A stretch of 64,000 nt of DNA from Candidatus Campbellbacteria bacterium (GTDB taxonomy: Bacteria > Patescibacteriota > Minisyncoccia > Phycocordibacterales > UBA1006), in contig NZWR01000003.1 of NCBI GenBank assembly GCA_002698305.1, positions 10,794-74,793 on the forward strand, in the 5' to 3' direction. Below the pieces are notes generated by a model. That model was given only the letters and a program-made list of their open reading frames with translations. It did not search any database and was not told where the DNA came from. A program made the position numbers and the translations under genes. Positions 48,662 through 58,326 of this stretch are shown here, in pieces. Every line of letters starts with the position of its first letter. Position 1 is the first letter of the stretch.

Positions 48662-49081
48662 TTAATTCAGCAAGCTTGATTTAAATATTTCAGGCATATG
48701 AGATGGTATCTCAATAACTTTAAAACCATATTTTTCTTGAACGCTACCAAGAGCTTCTTGCAGTGCCTTTTGGTCATAGCCAACAAAAACAACATCTGGG
48801 CGCTGTTCTTCTAGGGCATTCCATTGACCTAATATCTTATCGCCAGTAACCACGTTTACACTTTTGAAAGTACGGCGAATATCAGTCATCCGCTCTTTTT
48901 GATTTTTTCTAGGTGCTCTTTCTTTAATTTTTTTGATGACACTGTCATCTGCTACTGATACGTATAATGTATCTACTTTTAAAAGCGCTTGAGCAATTAA
49001 AAATCTATGCCCCTCATGAATACCGTCAAATGTTCCAAATAAAAGCCCTACCAATTTTTCTCGCCTCTTTTTTGTGTGCAT
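48662..49081 (-). CDS. Cytidylyltransferase-family nucleotidyltransferase (RibL/CoaD-like)
   Basis: FGTFDGIHEGH, VGYDQ, KSSL; start from TATACT-N6-ATG. Confidence 0.85.
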   Translation of the reverse strand: MHTKKRREKLVGLLFGTFDGIHEGHRFLIAQALLKVDTLYVSVADDSVIKKIKERAPRKNQKERMTDIRRTFKSVNVVTGDKILGQWNALEEQRPDVVFVGYDQKALQEALGSVQEKYGFKVIEIPSHMPEIFKSSLLN

Positions 49082-49132
49082 GGTGACAGTATAGCGTATT
49101 GGATTCCCGGTGTATTCTCGTATACTAATGAT

Positions 49133-50458
49133 ATGGAACATATTTCAAACCAAGAGTCACAACAAGAAAGCAGAGCAGAGTTTTCTCCTGAGCTTAACAA
49201 AAGAATCGTGGATAACATTATTGAAAAAACATCTGAATCAGATTTGAGCCAAGAGCATTTAGATGAGATTCAAAGAGAGCTAGAGAGACCTAATAGTCCT
49301 GTATTCAAAGCTACTCTTGAGGCAGAGTCTCAAAAGATAAATTTAAGAAAATTTGTTGCGCTGGCAATGGTGACCTTGTCGCCATTTTTGGCAAAAGCCA
49401 ACACATCAGAAAGTCCTGAAACCCTTACATCATCTGCTGCTAAAGAGGTTACTCTAGATACTGATGCTAGGGCAGAAGATGGAGAGATCATTTCATACGA
49501 AAAAGCGAGTAGATTATCGTCAGAAACCGAGCCTGAAGAAATTAACCCAACCAGTGAAGAAAAATCTATCAAACGAATGGAATCAAAAATTGATTTTGAA
49601 ATAGCAAAGACAGATATCAACCAAGCTGACCTTGAAGCCCTTAATTACGAGGTGGCGCAATTTATTGAAAGCTTTGATAGTGAAGATCTAGAGAAAATCA
49701 AAAATGGATCAATGATTGTTGTTGTTTCTGCCGGATCAAGCCCGGAGATAATCAAGGCTCCCATCGAAACAAGCATGGGAAGTGTAACAAACAATTATGA
49801 GCTCTCCCAAATGCGTGCAGAAGTGTATGTAGAAAAAGTATTAGCTGCCTTACAAGAAAAGGGTATCAATAACCCTATTACTATTACGGATATTGCAGAG
49901 GTGCCAGGGTTAGAGCCAGGCGTTTCAGAAAATGGTGAGCGTTTTGCCTCAGTGACAGCATTAGAGCTCACTAATGAAAATCTTGTTCAGATGGCTGATA
50001 CCATTATTTTGGATAGATCTGGGTCAATGAAAGATGATGTTGCTGAATTAGAATCAGCAAATCAGCTAGCTGAACAAGGCGCACAACTTGTCACCCTCGA
50101 AACACATAAAGGAAAAAACGGTGAAATTCTCGAGATGTATTTCTCTTCAATGCAAGATCAGGTACATAAGGCCAAACCTGGCGATGTGATTGTGATGATT
50201 GGCGATGAAAAATCTGATGATGGCCACCAATTTAAAACCGCAGAAGAAAGAAGTGAAAATTATCGAAAAATGTTTCTTGATATAAAACAGCAAGCAGAAG
50301 AAAAAGGGCTAACACTACTCGTGAAACGTAATAATCCAGATAACCCTGATGACTCAATTATTGGAGATTTTACAACATCTGGAATGATGATGACCCTAGG
50401 TTCAGATGACCAAGAATCATATAAAAGACACAAGCACTATCTTGATACCAAAGCATAA
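49133..50458 (+). CDS. Hypothetical protein with internal TM/signal, OmpA-C-like and vWA-like motifs
   Basis: LRKFVALAMVTLSPFLAKA; NYELSQMRAE; ILDRSGSM...VMIGDE; start from TATACT-N6-ATG. Confidence 0.6.
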   Translation: MEHISNQESQQESRAEFSPELNKRIVDNIIEKTSESDLSQEHLDEIQRELERPNSPVFKATLEAESQKINLRKFVALAMVTLSPFLAKANTSESPETLTSSAAKEVTLDTDARAEDGEIISYEKASRLSSETEPEEINPTSEEKSIKRMESKIDFEIAKTDINQADLEALNYEVAQFIESFDSEDLEKIKNGSMIVVVSAGSSPEIIKAPIETSMGSVTNNYELSQMRAEVYVEKVLAALQEKGINNPITITDIAEVPGLEPGVSENGERFASVTALELTNENLVQMADTIILDRSGSMKDDVAELESANQLAEQGAQLVTLETHKGKNGEILEMYFSSMQDQVHKAKPGDVIVMIGDEKSDDGHQFKTAEERSENYRKMFLDIKQQAEEKGLTLLVKRNNPDNPDDSIIGDFTTSGMMMTLGSDDQESYKRHKHYLDTKA

Positions 50459-50484
50459 AACCACCCAAAAGGTGGTTTTTTAAA

Positions 50485-50567
50485 ACAAAAAAGCCCCAGC
50501 GGAACTGGTGCTTGATTGCAGGATGTTAATGGCTATAAAAAATGACCTGTGTCACTCGCCACTCACA
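50485..50567 (-). ncRNA. Candidate small RNA (about 85 nt)
   Basis: TTGACA(50596-50601)-N16-TATCTT promoter, structured body, terminator AGCACCAG-ttccg-CTGGGGCT-TTTTT; first ATG is followed immediately by TGA. Confidence 0.45.
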
Positions 50568-50647
50568 TATACTAAGATACACGATATTTAAACTTTGTCA
50601 AGTGTCTATGGAAAATAACTTGTTATAGTGATAAAAAATTATTACCA

Positions 50648-51184
50648 ATGAAAAATGAATATCCAGACACGCTAGGCGATCTCATATCTAAGGTAAAAGA
50701 GATTGAAGAAATTAGGAACCCGACGCAATATAGTTTGTATGCGGTAAAGAATAATCTTCCAGCCATGCCCCATCTAACATATGCTCAGGAAAAAAAGAGT
50801 CGTGATGATATATGGAAGCTTATGTTTCCATATATTAAAAAAGACAACACATCTCGTCCGTTTACTGGGGTTAATACTCAGGTACATGAACCTTCTAAAC
50901 AAAAAAATCAGCATGAAGACAGTGTACCCAAGAAGCCAGTAACCATTGCCACGCAAAAAACTGATGATTTAGGATATTTAACCCAGTACTGGCTTGTCAC
51001 TAAAATTCGTAATGAGAAGTTTACCAAAAACAGATTGACCTATCTCAAGTTTGCTCCGATGTTTAGTGATTGGCCTAATAACCCAGAACAATACTATGAA
51101 TATTGGATTGGTTGGGACAGTTTTTTCAACTCACCGATAAAAGAACTGAAAAGACTGCTTCTTAATGGTGAATTGGTAGACTAA
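50648..51184 (+). CDS. Hypothetical protein with integrase-repeat-like motifs
   Basis: WPNNPEQYYEYWIGWDSFF and LPAMPHLTY resemble the P..P...Y...W.GW..F repeat unit. Confidence 0.6.
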   Translation: MKNEYPDTLGDLISKVKEIEEIRNPTQYSLYAVKNNLPAMPHLTYAQEKKSRDDIWKLMFPYIKKDNTSRPFTGVNTQVHEPSKQKNQHEDSVPKKPVTIATQKTDDLGYLTQYWLVTKIRNEKFTKNRLTYLKFAPMFSDWPNNPEQYYEYWIGWDSFFNSPIKELKRLLLNGELVD

Positions 51185-51305
51185 AATAAGTAGGAGTGCT
51201 CTATAGTACACAAATACCCAGACAATAGTTTGGGTATTTTATTGTGTGTTCAGGGAGCGTATAGATTATTGCAAAGATAAACTTAACGCAAAGTTTCTAT
51301 TGTAG

Positions 51306-51347
51306 AAATGTAAAAGATCTAGGCTTTTGCCTAGATCTTTTACATTT
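51306..51347. terminator. 19-bp perfect hairpin at the 3' end of tRNA-Pro
   Basis: AAATGTAAAAGATCTAGGC-tttt-GCCTAGATCTTTTACATTT. Confidence 0.75.
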
Positions 51348-51348
51348 G

Positions 51349-51421
51349 TCGGGGAGCCGGGATTCGAACCCGGAGTCACTCGTACCCAAAACGAGCATGT
51401 TAGCCGTTACACCACACCCCG
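51349..51421 (-). tRNA. tRNA-Pro (TGG)
   Basis: Minus strand CGGGGTG...CTCGT-ttTGGgt-ACGAG...CCGGGTTCGAATCCCGG-CTCCCCGA. Confidence 0.95.
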
Positions 51422-51497
51422 ATAACACAGCTATAGTAGCATAATATTGCTTTTGGGCAATAAATACCGGTCATGTGGTGTGTGCTATGATATCTGT

Positions 51498-51965
51498 ATG
51501 AATGTAAGCCCTCCTTATAAATATACTCCAGGATACATTATGCTTCCGCTAGAGCAGGACATACAAGGCCTTAATGATCAAATTACTCTTTTTGGTGATA
51601 CTTACACTCTGAAAAAAGAGTTTCACGTTACCTTGATCTATGCTGGTTATTTGTGCTCTCAATACTCTAGCATTAATGAGGAGAAGATTCTTCGGGTATT
51701 TAACAAATTTGTGGTACATAATGGGGTAGAAGAAGTGACCTATTTCCCAGAGTATCGTCTCGTAACTCACCCAGATGGAAGGAAAAGTATTATTCAAAAG
51801 GTTGAGATTGAAAACTTTAATGAATTATATGAAATACTTTCAGACAAGCTAGGGATGGTTATTCCAAAGCCCGTGACGCATATAACTATTTACGTCAATA
51901 CAGGCCAGGGGATTGCGGTTGAGACGGAGGATAAGTTCAAAAAAAGCTTTGAACTACGTGTATAA
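51498..51965 (+). CDS. 2H phosphoesterase family protein
   Basis: Two HxT motifs (FHVTL, THITI) about 85 aa apart. Confidence 0.7.
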   Translation: MNVSPPYKYTPGYIMLPLEQDIQGLNDQITLFGDTYTLKKEFHVTLIYAGYLCSQYSSINEEKILRVFNKFVVHNGVEEVTYFPEYRLVTHPDGRKSIIQKVEIENFNELYEILSDKLGMVIPKPVTHITIYVNTGQGIAVETEDKFKKSFELRV

Positions 51966-52004
51966 TACGTTTCACAGTTTCATGAATATATGCTTAACAG
52001 GCGA

Positions 52005-52579
52005 TGTTTCATATGAAACATCATTTACTGGTTGCATGAATTAAAAAAACAACATTCTTTATCTAGGTTTAGAAATTAGGTAATATTCTCTATTCTTCTG
52101 ATTCTATGTTTTTTGTTTTGCCTGTCGATATATACAACATAAAGATCAATTTGTGTTTCATATGAAACTCCATGCTTTTTGATATAAGCTAGCATAGTTT
52201 TTTTGAATTTCTGGATTTTCTTTGCATTAAAGTTTTCTGCTGGGTTATACAATGTTTCATATGAAACATTCGCATTGGTGCACTGGATGCTTTTAACTTC
52301 TATAAAATGTATACGATCATCTTTTTGAGCAACGATATCGATTTCACCTATTGGAATGGTAAAGTTTCTCTCTATAAGGTAAAATCCTGATTTAGAGAGG
52401 TATTCACAGCAAATTTCCTCACCTTTTTCTCCTATTTTTTGAGTGCGCGACGTGAAAACCTTCATAGTAGTAGTATAACAGAGTATGAGCAGTTTTTAGT
52501 TATATATGTTTCATATGAAACATATATAATTTTATAATAGTGTTTCATAAGTTTTGGTATGTGTATTTCACGTGAAACC
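52005..52579. promoter_or_regulatory. Cluster of parS-like 16-bp palindromes
   Basis: TGTTTCATATGAAACA at 52005, 52253 and 52507; TGTTTCATATGAAACT at 52154; TATTTCACGTGAAACC at 52564; canonical parS is TGTTTCACGTGAAACA. Confidence 0.85.
52076..52465 (-). CDS. yraN: YraN (UPF0102) family nuclease-like protein
   Basis: G..GE....YL...G..LIERNF....GEIDIVA.....IHFIEVKS. Confidence 0.92.
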   Translation of the reverse strand: MKVFTSRTQKIGEKGEEICCEYLSKSGFYLIERNFTIPIGEIDIVAQKDDRIHFIEVKSIQCTNANVSYETLYNPAENFNAKKIQKFKKTMLAYIKKHGVSYETQIDLYVVYIDRQNKKHRIRRIENIT

Positions 52580-52909
52580 ATATCGTATATAGCTATTAGG
52601 GACTTTTCTTTAAAAAAGTCTTTTTTAAATTACTTTTTACTGTCCTTTATAAAAAGCCATCTTTTTTGTCTTTTTCCCCGTTATGCCCAAAGTTATCCAC
52701 AGCTTGACTCACTTTAAAGAGTTGTTTCCTGAGACAGCTTATCTTTGTTAGATATTTGATCTGCTACTCTACTGGCCGTAAGACATATATCTTAAAATAA
52801 ATTGCGTCTTTTTTTATTATGTTGTGTGTTTCGTTTCCTGAGTTCAAAAAGTGCTTGATATTTGTGTAATTGTGCATATACTTTAGTCAGCTTATATAAA
52901 AAAGCATCT

Positions 52910-52981
52910 CCACCTGTGGTGAAATGGATATCACAACGGTCTTCGGAACCGTTATTCCAGGTTCGAGTCCTGGCGGGTGGA
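52910..52981 (+). tRNA. tRNA-Arg (TCG)
   Basis: CCACCTG/CGGGTGG acceptor stem, ACGGT-ctTCGga-ACCGT, CCAGGTTCGAGTCCTGG. Confidence 0.95.
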
Positions 52982-53127
52982 CATATTCGAAAAAGTAACA
53001 AATACAATGTATTTGTTACTTTTTTAGAGCCTAAGACTCTTTACAGAAAAGGCGTTTGAATTAATACCTCGGGCTAGTTATTTTGTTTTTCTCAAAAAAA
53101 GCTATATTAAATAAAAACAAAGACATA

Positions 53128-53688
53128 ATGAATAAAGATGTTATACATTACCAAGAGTTTCAAGCCATCGTTGATGTTTTGAAAAAGGGATATCATTATT
53201 ATGGCATGACCGATGAATTGGTGTCTTTTCTGGAAAAGAATATTCAAGCTCCTCTTTCAGGTATTAATGTGAGCAATCACAACCTGCCGCTACCAAAAGC
53301 GGATAAAAAAAGAACACGAAATGTTGTTGCCAAGGTGCCGCTGGGTCCATATATGTTTCACGTTGTAGTAACTGTTTGGAACGAAACAAGTAGCGGGTCT
53401 CCTATTCATTGCCATCCTAAATTTACGGCATATATTGCGCTTAAAGGTGAAGCTGAAGTTTATCCATGTACCATTGTAGATGGTGCGAGAGGCGTTGCAC
53501 AAAGCAATTCCGAACCAATAAAGATGTGCAAAGGGAAGACCTTTTTCGGAATAGGCACTGCATTAGCAAAGGGTAATTTCCCACATAAAATCGGGAAAGT
53601 TAGTAAAGGTACGATACTCCTACATATATACTCAGCAAATGCAGAGTTGTGTGATCATTATAAAGAGATTAGCCATGCTAAACCATAG
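53128..53688 (+). CDS. Cupin, cysteine-dioxygenase-like
   Basis: VW....GSPIHCHP, distal PHKI, LHIYS. Confidence 0.7.
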   Translation: MNKDVIHYQEFQAIVDVLKKGYHYYGMTDELVSFLEKNIQAPLSGINVSNHNLPLPKADKKRTRNVVAKVPLGPYMFHVVVTVWNETSSGSPIHCHPKFTAYIALKGEAEVYPCTIVDGARGVAQSNSEPIKMCKGKTFFGIGTALAKGNFPHKIGKVSKGTILLHIYSANAELCDHYKEISHAKP

Positions 53689-53775
53689 AACACAAAGACT
53701 TGTTTAAAAACAGGTCTTTTCTCTTGAGATTAGTACATTTTATTTTATACTAGTAAAAATTCAAAAAACATAATT

Positions 53776-54453
53776 ATGCCTACACTAGTCATGCCCACTC
53801 AGGGTGATATCGATTTTATGCATGCCGAACTCCTTTTTAATGGTTTTCGGCAGCTATCAGACCAGGAACTTGATCGTACACGTGAACGCCTTGGTATTGT
53901 TATTCCATCTGTCCAGCTTCTGCACGAGAGGGTGTATTCTTTTTCTGCCAATAAGCGAGAAGCTTTGGTTATTCTCAAAACCATGACAGATGACGTTCCT
54001 GAGATACAGCGTTATTCATCATGGGTGATGATCCTCGAAGGAGATAGAAGAGTATTTGAACGAGCAAAATTCATACGCACATCTCGCTTTGTTCCCAGGT
54101 TTATGGCGTGGGCTCGCATTGTTAAGTTGATGGTTGAATATTGGCCTTTGTGCCCAGAAGACCGTGACTTTATGTTACTTGCTGAAAAAATGGATGCTGA
54201 TGGTGATAAAACCCAAAAACACTTTTTCATTTGTCCTAAAATTGAAAGACATCCAGAGAACCGTGCTTTGGTGATGGATATGGAGCAAGTGCTCAAAGAG
54301 CATTGGTCAAGAGACGAAGAATGGTTTTATAAAGAGTACTGGAATAAAAGGAAGCACTATCAAAAGAGTCTTGAAAATCAAGGCAGAAAAATAGGGGCTG
54401 CACGCGAATCACGCAAGGTGATAAACGTATTACGACCTGAAAATGTAAAATAA
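53776..54453 (+). CDS. Hypothetical protein
   Basis: 225-aa ORF with CP...CP...H possible metal site; terminator 54456-54489. Confidence 0.7.
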   Translation: MPTLVMPTQGDIDFMHAELLFNGFRQLSDQELDRTRERLGIVIPSVQLLHERVYSFSANKREALVILKTMTDDVPEIQRYSSWVMILEGDRRVFERAKFIRTSRFVPRFMAWARIVKLMVEYWPLCPEDRDFMLLAEKMDADGDKTQKHFFICPKIERHPENRALVMDMEQVLKEHWSRDEEWFYKEYWNKRKHYQKSLENQGRKIGAARESRKVINVLRPENVK

Positions 54454-54544
54454 CAAAACCCCGACATGATTAATCATGTCGGGGTTTTCAAATTACTCTT
54501 CGATATTATCTTGCTGAAAAGAAACAAGCTCATATACTACAACT

Positions 54545-56044
54545 ATGAAAAGGATTACTCCAAAAAATATACCAAAGGGGGTGCGCTGGGTTATTGACCA
54601 ACTCCAGAGTGCAGGACATGAGGCTTTTATCGTTGGGGGTTGCGTTCGAGATATGATTATCGGCCGTGAGCCAAACGATTGGGATGTTACAACAAATGCT
54701 GTTCCTGATGAAATTATTAAGGTATTTGAAAAAACTGATAGGCGAGTAGTCTACGAAAATAATTTCGGTACGGTGGGTATCGTAAATAAAGAATTAGAAA
54801 AAGAAGATCCAGCTTATGAAATTGAGATAACCCCGTACCGAACAGAGGGTGACTACTCGGATAACCGTAGGCCTGATCAGGTTTCCTTTAGTACAGAAAT
54901 TACAGAAGACCTGATGAGGCGTGACTTTACCATTAACGCGATGGCCTATGATCCTACTCGTGAGCTCTTGGTTGATGAATACGGAGGAGAGCGTGATATT
55001 GAAAAAGGTGTCATTAGGACAGTTGGAAATCCTGACGAGCGATTTTCCGAGGACGCGCTTCGCATTATGCGTGCTGTCCGCTTTTCAGCGCAGCTTGGTT
55101 TTGTTTGCGGAGAAGAGACAATGCAAGCAATACGAAATCACGCTAAACGATTACAAAATATCTCGGCCGAACGGATTCGTGATGAGTTTATTAAAATTGT
55201 TGATGCTCCGTATGCGATGGATGGCATTACGAGCCTTCATACACTTGGCATGTTAAAGTATATTGTTCCTGAACTTGAAGAGGGTATCGATTGCGAGCAA
55301 GGAGGCATTCACTCATTTGACGTGTGGACCCATAATCTAAAATCACTTGAACATGGAACCCATAAAAACTATCCATTCTATGTGAAACTTGCCGCATTGT
55401 TTCATGATATTGGGAAACCTGCGACTCGCCGCAAGGCAAATGGGCGTGGAAGCAAGGAGTGGACCTTTTATGGTCACGAGGTTGTTGGGGCACGTATGGC
55501 ACGTGACATTATGCAGCGCCTAAAATTTCCGAAAGACACTATTGAAAAAGTATATAAACTTGTCCGGTACCATATGTTTTTTTCTGACCCTGATGCGATT
55601 ACCTTATCAGCAGTACGGCGAATGGTAAAAAATGTCGGTAAGGATATGATTTGGGATTTGATGGATCTTCGTACCTGTGACCGTATTGGAACAGGGAGAC
55701 CTAAAGAAAAACCATATCGCCTGCGTAAATATCATGCCATGATTGAAGAGGTGATACGTGATCCCATTTCCGTTGGTATGCTGAAGATTAATGGTGACAT
55801 TATGATTGGTGAAATGGGGTTACACCCTGGACCAAAAATGGGCTGGGTACTACATGCGTTATTAGAGGAAGTGCTTGATGATCCAACTAGAAATACAAGA
55901 GAGTATCTTGAACAACGTACGCGTGAGCTCTATGAATTACCAGACCAAGAAATAAGGAAGCTTGGCGAAGCAGGGAAGGACAAAAAAGAAGAAGAAGAGT
56001 TTCAGGCAGTGAAAAAGCTGCACCGCAAACACAAGGTAGGTTAA
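54545..56044 (+). CDS. cca: CCA tRNA nucleotidyltransferase with HD domain
   Basis: VGGCVRD, DWDVTT, RRDFTINAMA, EDALRIMRAVRF, SAERIRDE, LFHDIGKP. Confidence 0.93.
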   Translation: MKRITPKNIPKGVRWVIDQLQSAGHEAFIVGGCVRDMIIGREPNDWDVTTNAVPDEIIKVFEKTDRRVVYENNFGTVGIVNKELEKEDPAYEIEITPYRTEGDYSDNRRPDQVSFSTEITEDLMRRDFTINAMAYDPTRELLVDEYGGERDIEKGVIRTVGNPDERFSEDALRIMRAVRFSAQLGFVCGEETMQAIRNHAKRLQNISAERIRDEFIKIVDAPYAMDGITSLHTLGMLKYIVPELEEGIDCEQGGIHSFDVWTHNLKSLEHGTHKNYPFYVKLAALFHDIGKPATRRKANGRGSKEWTFYGHEVVGARMARDIMQRLKFPKDTIEKVYKLVRYHMFFSDPDAITLSAVRRMVKNVGKDMIWDLMDLRTCDRIGTGRPKEKPYRLRKYHAMIEEVIRDPISVGMLKINGDIMIGEMGLHPGPKMGWVLHALLEEVLDDPTRNTREYLEQRTRELYELPDQEIRKLGEAGKDKKEEEEFQAVKKLHRKHKVG

Positions 56045-56076
56045 AGGCAGGATATATATCCTGCCTTTGTGTGTAT

Positions 56077-56361
56077 TTAATTGAGATGTTTTTTATCTTT
56101 TTCTTGAATAAGGTTATTCATTTTATCCAAAAATGGACCCATCATGCTAGAAAATTTTCGTAGCTGTGAATTTTTAATTTTTTGCTGATCGATACTTTTA
56201 TAAATGAGAGTTTCGCCAAATACATCCAGTTTTTGAAAGATTGTTTCAAATTCTGCGAAGCTTACTTTTGATTCATCCATAAGAACTTTTTGTAGCTCGG
56301 AATCAAAGATGGTAATAGATTTCCGCTTCTTGAGCATTATCTTCTTTATCTCATGATGCAT
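56077..56361 (-). CDS. Hypothetical protein
   Basis: 94-aa ORF co-oriented with neighbours; start uncertain. Confidence 0.5.
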   Translation of the reverse strand: MHHEIKKIMLKKRKSITIFDSELQKVLMDESKVSFAEFETIFQKLDVFGETLIYKSIDQQKIKNSQLRKFSSMMGPFLDKMNNLIQEKDKKHLN

Positions 56362-56396
56362 CTTTGTGAAATCAGAAATCGCATTAAATTGATTTT

Positions 56397-56612
56397 TTAA
56401 ATGCTCACGTGGGTGTTCTGCTCGCCATATTTTTTCTTAATATTTTCAAGTATTTCGGGCCAAATATCATCTAATTTTATCTGGGCATGGGTGTAGCCTT
56501 CAGAGATAGGAATAGCCTCTAGTCCAGAAACGATATCAAGTAAAGCATGGTATTCTGCTTCGCTAGCCTCATAGCCTTTTTGATACCATTGGTAAATTTC
56601 ATTATCGTCCAT
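56397..56612 (-). CDS. Hypothetical protein
   Basis: 71-aa ORF with protein-like composition. Confidence 0.55.
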   Translation of the reverse strand: MDDNEIYQWYQKGYEASEAEYHALLDIVSGLEAIPISEGYTHAQIKLDDIWPEILENIKKKYGEQNTHVSI

Positions 56613-56678
56613 GACTGTATGTGTTTTTCTTATTAAACCATAAAATAAATAAAAAGCAGAACAATGTTCCGCTGGTCT

Positions 56679-56834
56679 TTATTTCATTAATTTATGTAGC
56701 CACGCAATAATAAGGAATCCAACCCCAGTTAATGCCGGAGCAGGGAGGCTCATATGGATACCGATTACAATCATACCAATTGCAATCAATATAAGAACGA
56801 CCGTAAGAAGGTTAAAGAGAGTGTGTTTTTTCAT
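56679..56834 (-). CDS. Small two-TM membrane protein
   Basis: MKKHTLFNLLTVVLILIAIGMIVIGIHMSLPAPALTGVGFLIIAWL; the upstream ATG overlaps a TATAAT box. Confidence 0.6.
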   Translation of the reverse strand: MKKHTLFNLLTVVLILIAIGMIVIGIHMSLPAPALTGVGFLIIAWLHKLMK

Positions 56835-56936
56835 AGGATGTTTGTTAGCTGCTAATACTGCCATTATACCATTACTAAAAATAAGGTATTAAAAAAGTCC
56901 GAGAAATTCCCGGACTAGTTATAAAAATTTTTAGTG

Positions 56937-57365
56937 TTAACGATCTTCATCGATACCTTTCTCTGTTTTTCGTGAGCAAAGTAAAATTCCACTTATGGCG
57001 ATGAGGCATAGAGATATAAATAAACCAGCAAGACTTAATCCATTTGGGAGCTTATCACCACTAGGGATTCTTATATATGATGGCTCTTTTATGTCAGCAC
57101 CTACGTCGCCACCTTGAAAATTGAAAGTAGAGAATTCATGAAAATTTAATTCCGGTATTTCCACAACCTCTTCCGTATCCACAACACCATCGCCGTCATT
57201 GTTGATATCGTAATAGACAAGTTCACCGTGATGTAGTTTTGGGTTTCCGTTCCCATCAAGTCCGCGTTGATAATGTAAAAGGTTGTCACACTCTTTGCTT
57301 TGAATTTCTTGGGCAAATGTAAAAACTGTAAAAAGACAGCTTAAAAAGAAAAGTAATGTTTTCAT
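56937..57365 (-). CDS. Secreted protein with Ca-binding-like DxNxDGDG motif and C-terminal TM
   Basis: Signal peptide ending TFA|Q; DINNDGDGVVD; LPNG followed by a TM and basic tail; TTGACA promoter at 57427-57432. Confidence 0.7.
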   Translation of the reverse strand: MKTLLFFLSCLFTVFTFAQEIQSKECDNLLHYQRGLDGNGNPKLHHGELVYYDINNDGDGVVDTEEVVEIPELNFHEFSTFNFQGGDVGADIKEPSYIRIPSGDKLPNGLSLAGLFISLCLIAISGILLCSRKTEKGIDEDR

Positions 57366-57463
57366 GGTATGAAGTTTTTAATAGTGAGTATTATATTTAA
57401 ATAAAATTTAACATATTTAAATATTTTGTCAAACCAAAACACAGCTTACTTTGACTGTGTTTT

Positions 57464-58246
57464 TTACGATAATGTGATTCCGACCGGGCAATGATCTGAT
57501 CCGGTAATGTGATCATAGATTGTCGCATCCTGTATCTTCTTCTTTAGTTTTTGAGATGTAAATACATAATCGATTCTCCATCCAACATTACGTGCTCGGG
57601 CTGCGGCACGGTATGACCACCAGGTGTATCGTATTGTTTTGGGAAAGAGTACTCTAAAGGTGTCAATAAAACCAGCGTTAATAATGTTGGTAATACCTTC
57701 TCGCTCCTGATCGGTAAACCCGGCCGTCCCTGGTTTTTTCTCGGTCGTTCGGTTTGCATCAGGACGTGCGATATCAATATCGTAGTGTGCAGCGTTAAAG
57801 TCTCCACATACTACTATAGGTTTTTTCTTTTCAAGTTTTTTAAGGTGTTTGAGAAAAGCAGTGTCCCATTGTGTATGTCGCAACTCAAGTCGCGCCAAAT
57901 CAGGTTTTGAATTAGGGGTATAGACATTTACAACAATAAGGTCATCAAATTCAGCATTAATGATGCGCCCTTCGTTTTCTATGGGTGAGTCCTTCATTCC
58001 GTACCATACCTTCACTGGCTCTTTTCTTGAAAAAAGAGCGGTAGATGAATATCCTTTTTTTTCTGCACTGTGAAAATATTGATGCGGATAATCTGGAAAC
58101 AATGAACCATCTATTTGTTCAGGTTGAGCTTTTGTTTCCTGCAGACAAAAAACATCTGGTTGCTCTGTTTTATTGATAAATTCAAGTGCGCCTGGTTTTT
58201 TAACCCATGCGCGAAATCCGTTAACGTTCCATGAGATGATTTTCAT
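57464..58246 (-). CDS. xth: Exodeoxyribonuclease III
   Basis: ISWNVNG, CLQETK, CGDFNAAH, YTWWSYR, GWRIDY, GSDHCPV. Confidence 0.97.
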   Translation of the reverse strand: MKIISWNVNGFRAWVKKPGALEFINKTEQPDVFCLQETKAQPEQIDGSLFPDYPHQYFHSAEKKGYSSTALFSRKEPVKVWYGMKDSPIENEGRIINAEFDDLIVVNVYTPNSKPDLARLELRHTQWDTAFLKHLKKLEKKKPIVVCGDFNAAHYDIDIARPDANRTTEKKPGTAGFTDQEREGITNIINAGFIDTFRVLFPKTIRYTWWSYRAAARARNVGWRIDYVFTSQKLKKKIQDATIYDHITGSDHCPVGITLS

Positions 58247-58326
58247 ATGAACTAGTGTAGCAGATTTCTATTCGGTAATGGTGTAAATGTGATAGGATTG
58301 AGTCAAACAAACGTAAAAAAAGAATT

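Noticed and set aside
50648..51421. Prophage or island at tRNA-Pro suggested by the integrase-repeat-like protein
   Set aside because: No catalytic integrase domain, no duplicated tRNA-Pro end noticed and no phage genes.
52792..53059. Two short ORFs on opposite strands
   Set aside because: Both overlap tRNA-Arg.
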